Virus record (IMG/VR): IMGVR_UViG_3300021387_001709
Span: 64,001-128,000 of that record
Direction: 5' to 3' (one strand)
Length of the DNA: 64,000 nucleotides
Source: a virus
Lineage: Duplodnaviria > Caudoviricetes
The position numbers and the translations under genes were made by a program. Under the pieces are notes generated by a model that was given only the letters and a program-made list of their open reading frames with translations, did no database searches and had not been told where the DNA came from. Below, one piece after another: positions 59,957-64,000 of this stretch. Positions within the stretch are counted from its first letter, which is position 1. Every line of letters starts with the position of its first letter.

Positions 59957-60232
59957 TTATGCGTTAACAGCTTCCTTTACGCTTGCACCAAATTTTACCT
60001 TCGGCGCTTCTTTAGCCGGAATAGCAAGAGGTTCGCCATTCTGCGGATTGCGTCCGGTATAAGCGTCTTTGTGAACCGTATAGAACTTCATACCGGTAAA
60101 CGGAGTAACGCCGTCCTCGGTCTTCATAGCCTCTACAATAGCCTCGCCGACACCGACAAGAACTTCCCTCATATCCTTCTGGGAAAGATTACATTTAGCT
60201 GCGCAAAGTTTTACAAAATCAAGTTTCTTCAT
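59957..60232 (-). CDS. hup: HU-family DNA-binding protein (YonN-like)
   Basis: GRNPQNGE..IPAK..PK.K.G...K..V signature. Confidence 0.9.
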   Translation of the reverse strand: MKKLDFVKLCAAKCNLSQKDMREVLVGVGEAIVEAMKTEDGVTPFTGMKFYTVHKDAYTGRNPQNGEPLAIPAKEAPKVKFGASVKEAVNA

Positions 60233-60309
60233 AATATAGTTCTCCTTTTTTTCCTTAATATAATTGTATAATTGAATTTACGCCATTCTCGGCAATATAG
60301 CGTAAATGT

Positions 60310-60386
60310 AGTAAACATAAGGGTTTATGATCCCTCATGAGGTGACGATATGGCAATCCCCAAAACCCTTATATTTACTGGGTTTT
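60310..60386. repeat. 17-bp inverted repeat pair with a 36-bp spacer
   Basis: AGTAAACATAAGGGTTT ... AAACCCTTATATTTACT (1 mismatch). The right copy extends into an AAAACCC...GGGTTTT palindrome. Confidence 0.6.
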
Positions 60387-60393
60387 TAATACT

Positions 60394-63338
60394 TCATTTT
60401 TTCTTATGTGATCCCACATTTTTAGGCAATTCCTTTTTAAAACAAGACAAAAACACCTTCGGATTTACTTCGTATAATACCTTCATAAGTATTGATTTAT
60501 TTTTATCAGTCTTTCTGGCTATAGTGTCGGCTTGTCCCTTAACAGAAGGAGATAGCGAAAATGCCCTATTGATTAAATAGCATACTAAATCTTTATATTT
60601 CATACTCATGCGGATTTGTCTAATGTCATTGATTAAATCATCAAAATCACTTCTTGCCAAAAGAAACTCCTTCTCGTATTCTCCGTCTTCTATATATCCG
60701 TCGCGGATTGTATCATAGAATTTAATAGAGTATTTCTCAATCAACTCCTCAATTTTACGGCTTACTTTTCTATCCCCTTTAAATGGGATATGCTCCATAA
60801 AGTCCCACAAGTCAACAGTATCTTTAGTAAACTTGGATTTATCTATTTTGAGGTCTGCTAAATAATTCATAGGGCAGTGAAGATCATAATTTATTTTATC
60901 CGCAGAAAATCCTCTTTTGATAATACGCCAAAATTTCGGATAACCGTTAGTGTCTATATCCATGTCTTTCTGAATACGTGCAATCTCGTCCGAAATAGAA
61001 ATATCAAATTGGCGCTTCGCGGAATCAATAGCCGCCTGGGCTATAACGCTAAGGATTGCCACATAGTCGTCATATTTCCTATCATGGAACGTATATGAAT
61101 AAGTCTGGGCAAGCTGGGCGAGGTTGGATGATAACCCTATATCAAGCTGCGATTTTGCCAGTGCGTTATCAATCGCCGCATAATCGTCCATAGTATTATT
61201 GTATTTGTTAGTGTCCTTAGGAATATTATTAACAATAGTAGGATAGGTTCTATAGCAATACTCCGCATGACGGACAATGTCCGGTTGATTAGTAACATAC
61301 ATTGAATCGCTGTCCTGATCTGCAATTCTTATTAATGAGGCTCTTTATCCTCATGCCGGAATTTCTCCCGGGATTGGACTATCTCTTCACCAATGATTTA
61401 TCATTACGGTGTTCCGCACTCGTGTTCAAAATCTTTTTCGTCAGATTTTGATTAGTCTCTAAACTTGTGTTGCCTACTTTAACCGAATTCGGCAACCTTA
61501 GTAATTGATTGGCATACGGCGAATTCTCACCGGTTAGCGTTCCAATTTTCACGGAATAGTTTTTGAACCGGGTTTCCCCGGAACCGGCCCAGTTAGACAA
61601 AGCCATTGCAACGATCTTGTACATCTGTACCAATCATATTGACCGCAATTATCTGGTCACTAAACTTAAAATACTTTTTCATCCTATCATCATAATGATT
61701 ATGCATATGCATCATGTTAAACTTGCCGTTAAACGGACTACGAAATCCCGCCAAATATTCGTCATCATCAAATCGGCTGGTATAGCACTGAACAGTTCCT
61801 TGCTCCTTGAGCAATGTATTATCTAAATCTACATCATCCGGATTACCGGTAGCTGCGTACAACAACATAGCATACGGCGATCCAACAATGACAAGATTGT
61901 CTGCATTTTGGATAAGTTTACCGCTTTTGATATTTTTAACATAGTTATAAATTATGTATTTCTTTCTGTCGCGGTAATACGAACACCGGGTAAACTCCTG
62001 ATTCCATTCACATAACGCCAAAAGTACGGCGTAGTCATTTGCGAAGTTTATATTCTTTCTTAGGTAATCATGAAATACAGCCTCGTCATTTTTTAACTGC
62101 TGAATGTAATTAACTGTTTCGGCACATACAGCGTCCATTGTATCCTCGTCTAACGAATTTATAACTTGATACGACATCCTCTGATAGTTACCTAGTTTAC
62201 TGGGATGAGAATACTTCACCACGCCAAACCGACACCCGTTTGACTCAACCCATTTACACCAATAATCATACGACAGATCAAACTTAATCCATTTGACGGC
62301 GTTGTTGGTAGTAATTAACTCTATATCTTTAACATAATGATCATTACCCCAAATGTCCTTCACAGTATATGTGGCGTAATCCTCACCGTGTTCCTCACAC
62401 CAATCTCGGAAGAATTGTTTTATATTTGCATGAAACGCAGCCATCTTAGTAAAGTGATGGCGTAACAACACATATCCATTCGCCCACTCCGGAAACACTG
62501 AATCATCAATCAACGCCTGACCGTCAAACAATTCGTTACTTAGTTCATATTCATCCAGCCATTTTGCATAACAATGGCGACGCTCATCAGTTTCTATAGT
62601 AACAACATCTCGCGTGAAATACCGCTTGACATCATTAAGCACCAATATATTACGAGGATTAATAATTGCATAGCCAACAATCCCACTGGCAACCAGTGGA
62701 GCATAAGCAGATATCTCTACAATAGGTGCATTTGTTGCAGGCAGTTTAATCCCCATATAGAGGAAATTCCGCGCTTTATCAAACAATTCATCACGGATAA
62801 ACATACAGCTACCTTTTTTAGCTTTACCCGTGGAGCGGAAGAGCATTTTGTAATGGATGACTTCTTCCTTATATATAGTACCGTCTTTTTTCCGCGACAC
62901 GTACTTTACGTCAACACCATTATTATAGTAATCACTACGAACCCGATCTTTCATCCGCCGAGTGTATTGATCCTTATTCTCGTAGGTAGCTTCGAATAAT
63001 TGATTGAGTTTGGCAATTTTGTTTTTAGCCTTGGCAATCAAATATTCGTCATCTTTGACCACGGCACTCCGGTATTCGTTACGGGCAGTTTTCAGTGTTT
63101 TATATAAGTGGTCGATTTCGTCCCGGTAAGATCTAGTCTTGAAGTTAAACTCCAAACCAATCACATCCCGTGTGGCACCACTGTTGCTAACGAATAGCCC
63201 GTTCTCCATTAAGAAGTCGAGGAACAAGCTATTTACCAACATCGCCCGTTTATACTCAAAGTGATCGCGTAATCCCAAATTATACTCATAATTTGTACTG
63301 GCTTCTATATTTTTAATTTCAACTCCGTACTCGCTGAT
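60394..63338 (-). CDS. YonO-like single-subunit RNA polymerase, join(61601..63338, 60394..61322)
   Basis: DGQALID, LLRHHFTK, FRSP and a catalytic DxDxD rebuilt by splicing (RCNG-S-DQDSD). Adjacent to HU as SPbeta yonO/yonN. Probable ATC start, no in-frame TAG. Confidence 0.8.
61323..61600 (-). mobile_element. Group I intron (278 nt, no ORF) at the polymerase active site
   Basis: GGCU|UUGUCUAACUGGGCC P1/P10. P7 elements TTTAGAGACTA and GAGATAGTCC. Terminal G. Confidence 0.85.
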
Positions 63339-63671
63339 TTATACCGCCCCCTCAGTGGATAAACCAAATAAATAATCATACAGCTCTTCGGGCGATTTCA
63401 TAGAATGCTTGATACCGTGAGGATCGGTATATTCCTGGTTGGCTTTGCCGTGTCCGTAGTTCTTCTCCAGACAAAACGTAGTCACCGCGTCGAAGTCTGT
63501 ATCTTCTGGAATAAGTAGTTTCAGTAGCTTAAGAACCACCTCATTATTATCCGGTTCAATTAAATAACCGTCCACATTATGTTTTTTGTATAAACTGTTT
63601 TTGGCGTTCTGATAATCATCCACCCGCGCCATTGACTCAATCGCCGCCACAAAATCTGATTTAGTTATCAA
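63339..63671 (-). CDS. Hypothetical protein, paralog of the upstream gene
   Basis: Intact ORF; FCLEKNYG...ELYDYL. Confidence 0.65.
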   Translation of the reverse strand: MITKSDFVAAIESMARVDDYQNAKNSLYKKHNVDGYLIEPDNNEVVLKLLKLLIPEDTDFDAVTTFCLEKNYGHGKANQEYTDPHGIKHSMKSPEELYDYLFGLSTEGAV

Positions 63672-63972
63672 TAGTATCTCTCCCCTTATTTTTATCCATC
63701 ATCATTATCAAATAATCATACAAAGCTCCGGCTGTATTAAGCGGATATTCCTCTCCGTCAACAACATTCTTAAATTCGCCGCCATAATACTTACCGAAAT
63801 TCAATTCAAAACAAAACCAACTTATGACTTCCAGTTTGTCATCAAACATCGCTTCAAGAACATCCGCCAGTTTAAACACACAATTTTGCGGACACCAATC
63901 AACATAATATCCATCGGAAAATTCCCGCCCTGCTTCATTGATAGCATCATCAAAACGTATTGTTTGTTCCAT
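63661..63972 (-). CDS. Hypothetical protein (start may lie further upstream)
   Basis: Intact ORF; FCFELNFG...ALYDYL. Confidence 0.6.
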   Translation of the reverse strand: MEQTIRFDDAINEAGREFSDGYYVDWCPQNCVFKLADVLEAMFDDKLEVISWFCFELNFGKYYGGEFKNVVDGEEYPLNTAGALYDYLIMMMDKNKGRDTIDN

Positions 63973-64000
63973 AGCAGATATAGTCGCAAGAAAAGCTTCC

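Noticed and set aside
66-62999. Plus-strand ORFs and alternative-frame minus ORFs in the track
   Set aside because: They are shadows of the long minus-strand genes, with no RBS or recognisable motifs.
1-64000. CRISPR array, diversity-generating retroelement, rRNA, release factor or aminoacyl-tRNA synthetase
   Set aside because: No repeat-spacer array, reverse transcriptase or corresponding motifs were found in this window. They could lie elsewhere in the genome.

Overview
This 64-kb window is the late/structural half of a large SPbeta-like tailed phage or prophage. Strong AGGAGG ribosome-binding sites suggest a Firmicutes (probably Clostridia) host. All real genes are on the minus strand. 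The ORF track looks shattered because the phage reads TAG as a sense codon (code 15, TAG=Gln). Every in-frame fragment boundary I checked is a TAG or an intron, and true gene ends are TAA/TGA. Re-read in code 15, the order from right to left is: YonO-like single-subunit RNA polymerase, HU, PIN-PhoH, ClpP, YonK-like, metallophosphoesterase, tRNA cluster, putative small terminase partner, large terminase, portal, amber-suppressor tRNA(CUA) with an adjacent GIY-YIG endonuclease, protease/scaffold, decoration protein, major capsid, neck genes, major tail tube, HNH endonuclease, IscS, tyrosine recombinase, RusA, an uncharacterised six-gene cassette, a ~6,444-aa tape measure protein, Dit, Tal-like and fibre genes. 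Six group I introns interrupt the polymerase (1), major capsid (1, with a recoded GIY-YIG ORF), a neck gene (1) and the tape measure gene (3). Two of the tape measure introns flank a 4-nt micro-exon. Genes right of ~55 kb, including the polymerase, have no in-frame TAG, while most virion genes do, often near their start, consistent with a genetic-code switch gating late expression. Gene models and splice sites were reconstructed by hand and no database searches were run.
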